From contig JAPOXA010000042.1 in the NCBI GenBank assembly GCA_026707325.1, positions 11,861 through 75,860 of the forward strand: DNA of 64,000 nucleotides, read 5' to 3'. The notes below the pieces were generated by a model that had not been told where the DNA came from, did no database searches, and worked only from the letters and a program-made list of their open reading frames with translations. Of this stretch, positions 44,311-53,655 are shown piece after piece. Numbering within the stretch: the first letter of the stretch is position 1; each line of letters begins with the position of its first letter. The stretch is from Acidobacteriota bacterium (GTDB taxonomy: Bacteria > Acidobacteriota > Thermoanaerobaculia > Multivoradales > Multivoraceae). Both the position numbers and the translations under genes were made by a program.

Positions 44311-45953
44311 AGAAGCTCGCACTGTTGCTCGCGCTGGCCGCGTTGCCGTTCGCACTGGCCTGCGGCGCCCCGGCCGACGCTCCGGAAACCGAAGCCAGCG
44401 GCGGAGGAACCACCGGCAGCGCCGTCCCCGAAGGCACGCCCCGGCTCGTTCTCGTCATCGTGGTCGACCAGATGCGCGGCGACTACCTGGAGCGCTTCGC
44501 CCCCCTTCTGAAGCGCGGGCTGGCGCGGCTCCTCCGCGAGGGCATCGTCTTCACCGACACCCACCACTTCCACTCGAACACCGAGACCGCCCCCGGCCAC
44601 GCCACGCTCGCCACCGGCGTGTTTCCAAAGCGCCACGGAGTCATCAGCAACGGCTGGTTCGACCGTGAGCGCGGCCAGGACGTCTACTGCTGCGGCGACT
44701 CGGACCACGGCGTCTCACCACGCAACATGCTGGCGCCGGCTCTGGGCGATCTACTGAAAGCCGCGTATCCCCAAGCCAAGGTGTACGCCGCCAGCGCCAA
44801 GGACCGCGCGGCGATCCTCATGGGCGGACACCACGCGGACGGCGCCTGGTGGTACGGCCGCTCCACCGGCAGCTTCGTCACCTCGACCTACTACGGCGAC
44901 GAGGAGTCCCAACCCGCCTGGGTCGACGCCTTCAACGACGAGGACCGGCTGGCCGTCCACTTCGCCAACGCCTGGAAGCCGCTCCTCCACCTCGACCACA
45001 CGTCGGCCTACGACATCGAACCGCTCGACCGCGGCCCCTTCATCGACACCTTCCCCCACGCGGTGGGCGGCTTCACCGTCGAGCGCGAATCGTTCTACCG
45101 CGACGTTTACACGTCGCCCTTCGTCGACGGTTACCTGAAGGACTTCGCCGAGGTCCTGATCGAGGCGGAGAACCTGGGCGCCGACGAGATCCCCGATCTC
45201 CTGGCGGTCAGCTTCTCGGCCCTCGACACGGTGGGTCACGGTTACGGCCCGGACGCCCCCGAGACGCTGGACACCATCCTCCGGCTCGACCGCACGATCG
45301 GCGAGCTGCTCGACTTCGTCGACGAGCGCATCGGGCTGGAGAACATGGTCGTCGCGTTTTCCTCCGACCACGGCGTCGGCGAGGTCCCCGAACTCGTGGT
45401 TCGCGACGGCGGCGACGGCGGCCGCTTCGACACCGACCAGACCCTTTGCCTGCAGCGCCTCCAGTCGCGTCTGAAAGGCCGCTTCGGCGGCGGGGAGTTC
45501 CTGCTCGACACCTTCTATCTCGACGGCGAGACGATCACGGCCGAAGAGGCCAACCGGGCCGCGATCGAGGACGAGATCATCGAGGCGATGAGCGACTGCC
45601 CGCTGATCGCCGAGGTCGTCCGGCCGGCGGAACTCGACCCGGCGAATCCGATCCACGAGCTGTACCTCAACAACTACTACCCCGGGCGCAGCGGAGACCT
45701 GGTCCTGGTGCCAGAGCCGAACGTCCTGCCCGTGCCGGCGTCCGTCATCGTGGCCAGCCACGGCTCGCCGTACGCCTACGACACTCACGTGCCGATGATC
45801 ATCCGCCGGCAGGACGGCGCGGGCCAGACGGTCGAAGCGAGAGCGAACACGATCGACCTGGCGCCCAGCCTGGCCCCGATTCTCGGCGTCGACGTCACGA
45901 GCATCGCCGGCTTCGAGGGCTTCGACGGCACGGACCGGCTGACCGATCTCTAG
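44307..45953 (+). CDS. Alkaline phosphatase family / type I phosphodiesterase-nucleotide pyrophosphatase-like lipoprotein
   Basis: The start forms an ATGA overlap with the PhyH stop. 'MKKLALLLALAALPFALAC' is a lipoprotein signal. 'LVLVIVVDQMRGDYL', 'NTETAPGHATLATGVFPKRHGVISNGW' and 'AFSSDHGVG' are family motifs. Confidence 0.85.
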   Translation: MKKLALLLALAALPFALACGAPADAPETEASGGGTTGSAVPEGTPRLVLVIVVDQMRGDYLERFAPLLKRGLARLLREGIVFTDTHHFHSNTETAPGHATLATGVFPKRHGVISNGWFDRERGQDVYCCGDSDHGVSPRNMLAPALGDLLKAAYPQAKVYAASAKDRAAILMGGHHADGAWWYGRSTGSFVTSTYYGDEESQPAWVDAFNDEDRLAVHFANAWKPLLHLDHTSAYDIEPLDRGPFIDTFPHAVGGFTVERESFYRDVYTSPFVDGYLKDFAEVLIEAENLGADEIPDLLAVSFSALDTVGHGYGPDAPETLDTILRLDRTIGELLDFVDERIGLENMVVAFSSDHGVGEVPELVVRDGGDGGRFDTDQTLCLQRLQSRLKGRFGGGEFLLDTFYLDGETITAEEANRAAIEDEIIEAMSDCPLIAEVVRPAELDPANPIHELYLNNYYPGRSGDLVLVPEPNVLPVPASVIVASHGSPYAYDTHVPMIIRRQDGAGQTVEARANTIDLAPSLAPILGVDVTSIAGFEGFDGTDRLTDL

Positions 45954-45973
45954 GCCCGGGGAGGAAGACCGAC

Positions 45974-47005
45974 ATGCGCAACGCATTCCGAAACGCCGCC
46001 GCCGTCGTCGTCACGCTCTGCCTGGCCTCCGTTCTCGTCGCGGGCTGCGAGGCCGGAGCGCAGACCTATGCCGAGAAGCTCGGCTTCCCCGCCGGTACCC
46101 GCGCCGTCATCCTGCACGTCGACGACGCCGGCATGTCGCACGACTCGAACGTCGGCGCCCTTCGCTCGATCCTGGAGGGCGCCGCGAACTCGATGAGCGT
46201 GATGATGCCCTGCCCCTGGGTGCCGCAACTCGTGCGAAGCCTGGAGGAGAACCCGGGCATCGACGCCGGCCTCCACCTGACGCTGACCGCCGAGTGGGAC
46301 GACTACCGCTGGGGACCGCTGGTGGGCCGCGAAGCGGCGCCGGGCCTGGTCGACCCGGAGGGCGCGCTCTGGTCGAGCGTCGCGGAGGTCGTCGCCCACG
46401 CCTCCCCCGACGAGGTGGAAGCGGAAATTCGCGAGCAGATCCGCCGCGCCCGGACGATGGGCTTCGAACCGACCCACCTCGACTCGCACATGGGCACCCT
46501 GTTCGCCACGATGGACTTCCTCGAGCGCTACATCGAAGTCGGCATCGAGGAAGGCATCCCGCTCATGTTCCCCGGTGGCCACAACGAGATCCTCAAGGCC
46601 GAGTACCGGGCCCAGGGACGCGACACGCCGCCGGGGCTCGGCCGCGCGACCGAACTCGGCGAGCGGATCTGGGACGCCGGCCTGCCCGTCCTCGACGACC
46701 TCCACACCGTGAGCTACGGATGGGTCCCGGAGAGCGGCGCCGACGCCACCGACGAGGAGTTGACCGACTACAAGGTCGAGCGCTACGTCCAGACCCTGCG
46801 CGACCTGCGCCCCGGCGTCACGATGGTCATCCTGCACTCGACCGACCCGAGCGAAAACTTCAAGTACATCTCGAGTTCCGGCCCCAGCCGCAAGGGCGAC
46901 ATGCTGGCGATGCTCGACCCCCGCGTGCAGCAGGCGATCGAGGACGAGGGCCTGGTGCTGACGACCTTCCGCGAGCTCAAGGAAAGGCGGGACCGCGTCG
47001 ACTGA
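45974..47005 (+). CDS. YdjC/ChbG-family carbohydrate deacetylase-like protein with a lipoprotein signal
   Basis: A GGGGAGGAAG Shine-Dalgarno lies upstream. 'VVVTLCLASVLVAGC' contains a lipobox. 'AVILHVDDAGMSHDSNVG' and 'PTHLDSHMG' match the YdjC family. Confidence 0.85.
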   Translation: MRNAFRNAAAVVVTLCLASVLVAGCEAGAQTYAEKLGFPAGTRAVILHVDDAGMSHDSNVGALRSILEGAANSMSVMMPCPWVPQLVRSLEENPGIDAGLHLTLTAEWDDYRWGPLVGREAAPGLVDPEGALWSSVAEVVAHASPDEVEAEIREQIRRARTMGFEPTHLDSHMGTLFATMDFLERYIEVGIEEGIPLMFPGGHNEILKAEYRAQGRDTPPGLGRATELGERIWDAGLPVLDDLHTVSYGWVPESGADATDEELTDYKVERYVQTLRDLRPGVTMVILHSTDPSENFKYISSSGPSRKGDMLAMLDPRVQQAIEDEGLVLTTFRELKERRDRVD

Positions 47006-47093
47006 GAGCCGGCTCCTCCTGGAGACGACGGGAGACGCGGCTCCCGAAGAAACGGCGGCCGCCTGGCTGGTTCAGGCGAGGCGGCTGCTGGCA

Positions 47094-47303
47094 GTGATGG
47101 ACTGGCCCGTCGAGTCAGCGAGGATCGAAACGACACCTGAGGGACCACTGGTCCTTCTGGAGGTTGCCCCCGGCGAGGAAGCCGCCACCGCCGACGCGAT
47201 CCTCGACTGGGCGTCGGAAGCCGCGGCGCGGGTTTTTCGCGGCGACCGGCAGCCGTCTGACGCCGAGGTCTACAAGGCGGCTCGCGCCCTGCTCAGCTCG
47301 TGA
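47094..47303 (+). CDS. Hypothetical small acidic protein (69 aa), doubtful
   Basis: This is the only ORF in a 287-bp gap. It resembles no family I recognise. Its GC3 is visibly lower than that of neighbouring genes. It overlaps the 3' end of the convergent gene by 11 nt. Confidence 0.25.
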   Translation: MMDWPVESARIETTPEGPLVLLEVAPGEEAATADAILDWASEAAARVFRGDRQPSDAEVYKAARALLSS

Positions 47304-48132
47304 TGCGCTGGAACTTCGGCGGGCGGCGCTCGACGAAGGAAGCGACGCCTTCCTTGAAGTCGTCGCGCTGGAGGCTCTCGGCCATCAACTCGTTCGACTC
47401 GCGGAGCGCGTCGCCGGTGTCCATCATCAGGTGACGGTAGACCTGCTGCTTGATCACCTTGAGCGACGTCGGCGCCGATCGCTCAGCGAGCGCCCGGACG
47501 TAGTTCTCGGCCTCCGGGACGACCCGGTCGTGGGGCACGGATCGGTTCACGACGCCCATCTGGGCCGCCTCCGGACCGTAGAACTTGCGGCCCGTCCACA
47601 GGATGTCGAGCGCGTTCGCCGGGCCCGCCACGCGGGGCAGGATCCAGCTCAGCCCGTGCTCGGCGATCAGGCCGCGGTTGACGAATGCGGAGGTGAAGAC
47701 CGCCCGGTCCGAGGCCAGACGGATATCGCAGAGCATCGCGATGGCGAAGCCGAGGCCCGCGCAGGGACCGTTGATCGCAGCGACGATCGGCTTGCGCACC
47801 GCCATCAGGTAGTTGTAGGTGACGCCGAAGTTGTCTCTGCCCATTTCATCGATCGCCCCGGCATCGGCGTCCTCCAACGTCGGCCCCCCGCCGCCCCGCT
47901 CGCCGCGGCTCGTCGCCTGAAGGCCCTGCATGTCCGCTCCGGCGCAGAATCCGCGGCCGGCGCCGGTCAGGACGATGCCGACGACGCGGTCGTCGCTCTC
48001 GGCGGCCGCCATCGCGTGCTTCATCTCCGCCATCATGCTGCCGGTGATCGCGTTCAGCTGCTCCGGGCGGTTCAGGGTGATCGTGGCGATCGGATCGTCC
48101 ACGTCGTACTTGATGAGTTCGTACTCGGTCAT
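47293..48132 (-). CDS. Enoyl-CoA hydratase/isomerase (crotonase) family protein
   Basis: From ATG 48132 the sequence is 'MTEYELIKYDVDDPIATITLNRPEQLNAI...VLTGAGRGFCAGADM'. Confidence 0.9.
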   Translation of the reverse strand: MTEYELIKYDVDDPIATITLNRPEQLNAITGSMMAEMKHAMAAAESDDRVVGIVLTGAGRGFCAGADMQGLQATSRGERGGGGPTLEDADAGAIDEMGRDNFGVTYNYLMAVRKPIVAAINGPCAGLGFAIAMLCDIRLASDRAVFTSAFVNRGLIAEHGLSWILPRVAGPANALDILWTGRKFYGPEAAQMGVVNRSVPHDRVVPEAENYVRALAERSAPTSLKVIKQQVYRHLMMDTGDALRESNELMAESLQRDDFKEGVASFVERRPPKFQRITS

Positions 48133-48199
48133 TCGCTTGGCCTCCAGCCGCTGTTGAGAGTGAGCGGCCGAGACTAGCAGCGTGCGCCGCGGCGCTAAC

Positions 48200-49036
48200 A
48201 TGGAGCCCGTGCTGCGACCCCGAACACCGCGAGGAACACGAACCACCGACGGGAGGCTCGCCCTCGCCGCCGCCGCTTTCCTCCTCGCCTGCGCCGGCGC
48301 GGAGCCTGTGTCCGAGCCCCGGCCGGTCGCGCCGCCCGGCACGTCGGACCGGCTGGACATCGTCGACCGCGCGATCGAGCACCACGGCGGCGAGCTGTTC
48401 GAGCATTCGCGGGTCAGGCTGACGGTGGCTTCACGTTCCGGGAGCTTCGACGTCGACTCGACGACGGACGGCGACCGCTTCGAGTACGTCATCCGGGCCT
48501 CCGCCGGAGACGACCAGCGCGAGTACCGGCGCGACAACGCGGCTCTGGAGGTGACCGAAAGCGGCGAATCGATGGACATGGACGAGAGAGAGCAGGTGCG
48601 CGCGGAGAGCTACGTCAACCAGCGCATGTACTTCCTCTTCCTGCCCTACAAGCTGAACGACCCCGGCACCTTCAAGGAAGACCAGGGGCTGGAGGAATGG
48701 AACGGGCGGCAACTGCACCGGGTCCGCGTGACTTTCGAGCCCGATTCGAGCGCCGGCGCGGACAGCGCGTACATCTACTGGTTCGATCCGGAAACCGCCC
48801 GCCTCGAGCAGTTCGCCTACGACTACAGCGCGGGCACCGGGCTCCGCTTCCGCACCCTCCGGAACTACCGCCGCATCGGCGGCCTGCTGTTCTACGACGC
48901 GGACAACTACGGCCTGAACACTCCGGACGGAGGACTGACCGTCGACGACATCACGCCGGCGTACGTCGAGGAGGAACTGCCTCTCGTCTCGCGGGTCGAG
49001 CTCCGCGACGTCGACGTGGAGAGCCTCGCCCAATGA
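48200..49036 (+). CDS. Hypothetical lipoprotein
   Basis: 'RLALAAAAFLLAC' contains a lipobox. The coding-like composition is consistent. No family was assigned. The start is either ATG 48200 or GTG 48182. Confidence 0.7.
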   Translation: MEPVLRPRTPRGTRTTDGRLALAAAAFLLACAGAEPVSEPRPVAPPGTSDRLDIVDRAIEHHGGELFEHSRVRLTVASRSGSFDVDSTTDGDRFEYVIRASAGDDQREYRRDNAALEVTESGESMDMDEREQVRAESYVNQRMYFLFLPYKLNDPGTFKEDQGLEEWNGRQLHRVRVTFEPDSSAGADSAYIYWFDPETARLEQFAYDYSAGTGLRFRTLRNYRRIGGLLFYDADNYGLNTPDGGLTVDDITPAYVEEELPLVSRVELRDVDVESLAQ

Positions 49037-49524
49037 AGGTCGGACTCGTGAAGAGCGGAGTCGCAGCCTCCGCTCTCGCCGGGTTCGCGGCCTGCATGCT
49101 GGCCGTGGCCTGCGAGCCGCCCGAACTCGAAGAGCCAGAACCGGCGTTCGACCCGCAAACGGTTGCCGCGGCGGTGCTCGACGTGCTCGACACGCAGGTG
49201 GAGGCCTGGAACGGCGGCGACATCGAGGGCTTCATGGCGAGCTACCTGCGAAGCGAGGAGCTGCGCTTCACTTCGGGCAACGAGGTCCGCCGCGGCTGGA
49301 GGCAGACTCTCGAACGCTACCGCCAGACCTACCCCGACCGCGCAGCGATGGGCACGCTGGCCTTCGATCAACTGGACGTCCGGGTGCTCTCCGAGCACGC
49401 CGCACAGGTCTTCGGCCGCTTTCGGCTGACGAGGGAATCCGACGAACCGACGGGCCTGTTCACGTTGCTCGTGGAACGGCACGGAGAGCGGTGGCTGATC
49501 GTCACCGATCACACCTCCAGCTAG
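49033..49524 (+). CDS. SnoaL-like / DUF4440 (NTF2-fold) lipoprotein
   Basis: The start forms an ATGA overlap with the upstream stop. '..AGFAACMLAVAC' is a lipoprotein-type signal. 'VEAWNGGDIEGFMASYL...RWLIVTDHTS' is typical of the NTF2-like DUF4440 pattern. Confidence 0.75.
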   Translation: MKVGLVKSGVAASALAGFAACMLAVACEPPELEEPEPAFDPQTVAAAVLDVLDTQVEAWNGGDIEGFMASYLRSEELRFTSGNEVRRGWRQTLERYRQTYPDRAAMGTLAFDQLDVRVLSEHAAQVFGRFRLTRESDEPTGLFTLLVERHGERWLIVTDHTSS

Positions 49525-49570
49525 CCAGGGCACCGCCGCGACGGGCAGCGGCGGGCACGAAGATGAGACG

Positions 49571-50587
49571 ATGAGAGAACCGAGCGTCATCCTGATGGGC
49601 GTGGCCCTGTTGCTGCTGCTGGGAGCCGTCTGCTTCGCGCTGGAGCTGCCCCGGATCGAGGCGGCGATCGAGGCGAGCACTGCCGCGGCGCTCGCGGATG
49701 TCGGCGTGCGCGGTCTCCGCATCGAATCGGACGGCCGCGACGTCACGCTCAACGGCACGATCGCCTTCGCCGAGATCGGGATCGAGGCGGCGCGGCGCGC
49801 GGCGGACGAGCCCGGAGTGCGAAGCGTCGACAACCGCCTGGTGATGGCGGGCGAGCCAAGCTTCGAGTTCGGCCTTGACGGCGATATCTGGCTGCTGGCC
49901 GGGCGCTTGCCGACCCCCGAGAGCCGGCAGGAGCTGTTCGACGCGGCCGCAGCGATCATGGGTCAGGGCAACGTGATCGACGAAACCGAAGTCGATGCGG
50001 CCGTCACCGAGCCGCCCTGGATCCCGACTCTTCCGAGGCTGATTCAGCTCCTGAGACAGGTGGACGGTGGACCCGGTCTGAGGCTGCGTGACGGAACGTT
50101 GAGCCTGACCGGCCACACTTCGAGCGAAGGCATGAGGGACCGCCTCGAGTTCGATGTGGGCGCGATTGCGGAAGCGGCCGAAACCGGCTGGACGATCGCC
50201 AACGAGATGGCGGTCGCTCCCGTCGCGGTGAACAGAGTGGCCCAGAACCGGATCCGGCGCCTGCTGGGGGAGCAGCCGATCGCGTTCCAGGGGCGTACGG
50301 ATGCGCTTACCGGGGACGCGCGGGCCGCCATCGCCGGCATTGGCGAACTGCTCGACGCATTCTCGGACACACGGATCGAGATCCTCGTCCGCGCGGCTAA
50401 CGGTGGCGACTCCGAAGGCGACCGTCGGCTCAGCATGGCGCAGGCCGAGTCCATCCGCGAAGTCCTCTCCGCGAGCGTCCATCCCGACCGCCTGCTGGCC
50501 TTCGGCTACGGCAGCGACCGGCCGGCCGACGAAGACGGCGCGGGCGGGAGTCAAGGGGTCGAGTTCCGGGTTCTCCACCGCCCCTGA
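49571..50587 (+). CDS. Membrane-anchored BON-domain + OmpA-like (peptidoglycan-binding) protein
   Basis: An N-terminal TM helix is present. 'DGRDVTLNGTIAFAEIGIEAARRAADEPGVRSVDNRL' is BON-like. The C-terminal 'IAFQGRTDALTGDARAAIAGIGELL...RRLSMAQAESIREVL...FGYGSDRP' is OmpA_C-like. Confidence 0.8.
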   Translation: MREPSVILMGVALLLLLGAVCFALELPRIEAAIEASTAAALADVGVRGLRIESDGRDVTLNGTIAFAEIGIEAARRAADEPGVRSVDNRLVMAGEPSFEFGLDGDIWLLAGRLPTPESRQELFDAAAAIMGQGNVIDETEVDAAVTEPPWIPTLPRLIQLLRQVDGGPGLRLRDGTLSLTGHTSSEGMRDRLEFDVGAIAEAAETGWTIANEMAVAPVAVNRVAQNRIRRLLGEQPIAFQGRTDALTGDARAAIAGIGELLDAFSDTRIEILVRAANGGDSEGDRRLSMAQAESIREVLSASVHPDRLLAFGYGSDRPADEDGAGGSQGVEFRVLHRP

Positions 50588-50599
50588 AGCAGGATTCGC

Positions 50600-50803
50600 A
50601 TGCTCTACGTCCTGTTCGAGATCTGGATCTGGGTGGTTGCCGCGGGCCTGGTCGGCGCCATGTTCGGCTGGTGGCTCCGCAGCATGCGGGCCCGTCGCCA
50701 GGTCGCCCGGGAAGCGTTGCTCTGGCAACGCCGGATCGAACGCCTGAGGAAACTCACCAGGAGCCTGCGGCAGACCACGGAGGCCGACACGGACGGCGAC
50801 TGA
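50600..50803 (+). CDS. Small single-pass membrane protein (67 aa)
   Basis: GC3 is high. The TM helix is 'LFEIWIWVVAAGLVGAMFGWWL', followed by a basic coiled segment. The gene lies 12 nt downstream of the OmpA-like gene. Confidence 0.5.
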   Translation: MLYVLFEIWIWVVAAGLVGAMFGWWLRSMRARRQVAREALLWQRRIERLRKLTRSLRQTTEADTDGD

Positions 50804-50811
50804 CCGCGGTA

Positions 50812-52254
50812 TCAGTCGCCGCCGGTCCGAAGATCGAGCTGCGACGGCGCCACCTCCACGCCCGCCAGGTGCTGGAGCGCGCGAGCCGTGACTTCCGCCA
50901 GCGCCGCCGGCTGCGCCGCCGCGATGTCCCACTGCTCGCCCGCGTCGACCGACAGGTCGTAGAGCAGCGGCGGGTCGTGCTCCATCCGTTCACCACCGAG
51001 CCCGTACTCGCCCCTCGTGATGAAGTGCGCCTTGTAGTTGCCGACCCGGTAGGCGTGGAGCTCGCTGCCGCGGTAGAACGGCATCTCGTCGCGTGGCCCC
51101 TCCCCATCGCCGCGAAGCACCGGGGCGAGATCCAGACTGTCCATCGGCCTGTCGTCCGGCATGGCGCCGTCGGAAAGCGAGAGGAAGGTCGCGAGCAGAT
51201 CGCTGGTCGACCCGATTTCGTCCGTGACCACGGACGGAGCGATCGTTCCGGGCCACCAGAACAGCCCCGGCACGCGCATGCCGCCCTCCCAGGTCATCCC
51301 CTTGCCTTCGCGAAACGGGCCGGCCAGGCCGCCCTGCGTGCGAAACGCGGTCCACGGGCCGTTGTCGCTGCTGAAGAAGACCACCGTGTTCTCCGCCAGC
51401 CCCTCCTCCTCGAGCGTGTCGAGGATCCGGCCCACGCTCCAGTCGATCTCCTCGATCACGTCGCCGTAGAGCCCCGCGCCGCTATGGCCCTCGAAGTCGG
51501 GCGCCCGGAACAGCGGCACGTGGGGCATGCTGTGCGGCACGTAGACGAAGAACGGCACGTCCCGGTGCGCGCGGATGAAGTCCACCGCCTCCTCGGCGTA
51601 GCGCTTCGTGATCGTCGTCTGGTCCGCCGGCTGCTCCAGTGTCTCGGTGACGATCTCGCCGGCCGCGTCGCGCTCCGAGCGGATCAGGGGCACGTCCCAG
51701 TACTCGATCTTCGGATCGAGGAACGCGGCGCGACGCTCCTCGCGCGGGAGGGTCGACATCATGTCGTTCGAGTACGGAATGCCGAACCAGTAGTCGAAAC
51801 CGTGCCGGGTCGGCAGGTACCGCGGCCGGTCGCCCAGGTGCCACTTGCCGAACATTCCCGTCGCGTAGCCGAGATCCGTGAGCGCCTCGGCGATCGTGAT
51901 CTCCTCATCCTGGATCCCGCCCACGAAGTCCGGGAACAGGACCCGGACCCGGTCGCCGTAGAGGCCGTTTCGCACCGCCAACCGCCCGGTCAGCAAGCCC
52001 GCCCGACTCGGCGAGCAGACGGAGGCGGTCACGTAGAAATTCGTCCAGCGCTGACCTTCGGCCGCCATCCGGTCGAGGTGCGGCGTGCGGATCACGGGCG
52101 CGCCGTAGCTGCCGAGGTCGCCCCAACCCAGGTCGTCGGCGAAGACGATGACGAAGTTCGGGGGGCGGTCCGGAGACGACGATTCCGGAGATCCCTGAGC
52201 ACATGCAGCGAGGACCGCGGCCAGCAGGAGAGCGAGGCGGGCTGTTCTTGGCAT
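50812..52254 (-). CDS. Arylsulfatase (type I, formylglycine-dependent), lipoprotein signal
   Basis: 'PNFVIVFADDLGWGDLG' is present, and the canonical 'CSPSRAGLLTGR' lies at 52003-52017. The signal is 'LLLAAVLAAC'. Confidence 0.9.
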   Translation of the reverse strand: MPRTARLALLLAAVLAACAQGSPESSSPDRPPNFVIVFADDLGWGDLGSYGAPVIRTPHLDRMAAEGQRWTNFYVTASVCSPSRAGLLTGRLAVRNGLYGDRVRVLFPDFVGGIQDEEITIAEALTDLGYATGMFGKWHLGDRPRYLPTRHGFDYWFGIPYSNDMMSTLPREERRAAFLDPKIEYWDVPLIRSERDAAGEIVTETLEQPADQTTITKRYAEEAVDFIRAHRDVPFFVYVPHSMPHVPLFRAPDFEGHSGAGLYGDVIEEIDWSVGRILDTLEEEGLAENTVVFFSSDNGPWTAFRTQGGLAGPFREGKGMTWEGGMRVPGLFWWPGTIAPSVVTDEIGSTSDLLATFLSLSDGAMPDDRPMDSLDLAPVLRGDGEGPRDEMPFYRGSELHAYRVGNYKAHFITRGEYGLGGERMEHDPPLLYDLSVDAGEQWDIAAAQPAALAEVTARALQHLAGVEVAPSQLDLRTGGD

Positions 52255-52346
52255 GCGGCGAGTGTAGGTGACAACGCTGGTTCAGGTCCGCTTGGCGGCG
52301 GCGCCGAATGCCGGCCAGAGGGTGAAAAGTCCGACAGGGGGCTCAA

Positions 52347-53576
52347 GTGGAGACAGTAGGATCGCCAACTTCCGCCAAACCGACCAACCCGAGACCGCCC
52401 ATGCCCCAACCCAGAATCGACGAAGCCCGCGCCCTCGACCATCTGATGGACCTGCTGGCCATCGAGGGCCTGAGCGGCCGCGAGGGCAAGGTCGCGGCGG
52501 CCGTGCAGGAGAAACTGCTGGCCGCGGGTTGCGAGGCGTCCTGGATCGGCCACGACGCCGCGAACGAGCGGATTCCCGGCAACTACGAGGTCGGCAACCT
52601 GATCGTCGACCTGCCAGGCACGAGGCCCGGGCCGCGACGGCTGTTCATGGGGCACATGGACACGGTGCCCCTCTGCCGGGGCGCGGTGCCGGTGCGCCTG
52701 AACGGACGGATCGAGGCGGAAGGCGACACGGCGCTCGGCGGCGACAACCGGACCTCGATCGGCGCTCTCGTGACGATGGTCGAGACCCTGCTCGCTCAGG
52801 ACGTTCCCCGGCCGCCGATCACGGTGCTGATGACGGTCGGCGAGGAGGTCGGCCTGTGGGGCGCGCGGACCGTGGAGCTCGAGCGCCTCGGGAACCCGGA
52901 GATGGGCTTCAACATCGACTCCGGCGCGCCGCACGTGGTGATCATCGGCGCCACCGGCGCCGACCGCTGGCAGGTCGACATCCACGGCAAGTCCTCGCAC
53001 GCGGGCGTTCATCCCGAGCACGGGGTTTCCGCGGCGCTGATCGCCTCGCGCGCGGTGGCCGACGTGGCCGCCCGGGGCTTCTTCGGGAAGATCGAGCTGG
53101 CGGCCGGCAGCGGCACCTCGAACGTCGGCCGCATGGCGGGCGGCGAGGCCAGCAACCAGGTGACGGACCATGTCTTCGTCTCCGGCGAATCGCGCAGCCA
53201 CGACAAGGCGTTCCTGGCGCAGATCACGGCCGCCTGGCGCGACGCCTTCGAGCAGGCGGCACGGAGCGTCACGAGTTTCGACGGCCAGTGCGGCCGCGTC
53301 GACTTCCGGGCCGAAACCGACTACGAGGCATTCGAGATGCCGAAGGACTCACCGCCCGTGAAGCTCGCCGCGGAACGGGTCCGGGCGCTTCTCGGCATGG
53401 AAGCCGGGTACCTCGTCGCCAACGGCGGCCTCGACGCGAACTACCTGAACGCCAAGGGCCTGCCGACGGTGACCCTGGGCGCGGGCCAGCACAACCCCCA
53501 CACCGTGGACGAGTACGTCGACGTCAAGGAGTACCTCGACGGCTGCCGGCTGGTCACGGGCATCGCCGCGGCCTGA
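52347..53576 (+). CDS. M20/M42-type metallopeptidase (peptidase T-like)
   Basis: 'FMGHMDTVP', 'ALGGDNRTSIGALV' and 'MTVGEEVGLWGA' are present. An alternative start is ATG 52401. Confidence 0.75.
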   Translation: METVGSPTSAKPTNPRPPMPQPRIDEARALDHLMDLLAIEGLSGREGKVAAAVQEKLLAAGCEASWIGHDAANERIPGNYEVGNLIVDLPGTRPGPRRLFMGHMDTVPLCRGAVPVRLNGRIEAEGDTALGGDNRTSIGALVTMVETLLAQDVPRPPITVLMTVGEEVGLWGARTVELERLGNPEMGFNIDSGAPHVVIIGATGADRWQVDIHGKSSHAGVHPEHGVSAALIASRAVADVAARGFFGKIELAAGSGTSNVGRMAGGEASNQVTDHVFVSGESRSHDKAFLAQITAAWRDAFEQAARSVTSFDGQCGRVDFRAETDYEAFEMPKDSPPVKLAAERVRALLGMEAGYLVANGGLDANYLNAKGLPTVTLGAGQHNPHTVDEYVDVKEYLDGCRLVTGIAAA

Positions 53577-53655
53577 GCCCGGAACCGTCCTCTCGTCCCG
53601 CCAGGCCGCAACCACACACAAGACGCAATCATCCCCAAGACAGGGAGGCCCCGAA

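Noticed and set aside
47094-47303. The small ORF as a confident gene, for example an antitoxin-like or regulatory peptide.
   Set aside because: It has no recognisable family. Its third-position GC is lower than that of neighbouring genes. It overlaps the convergent crotonase gene. It is retained only as a low-confidence feature.
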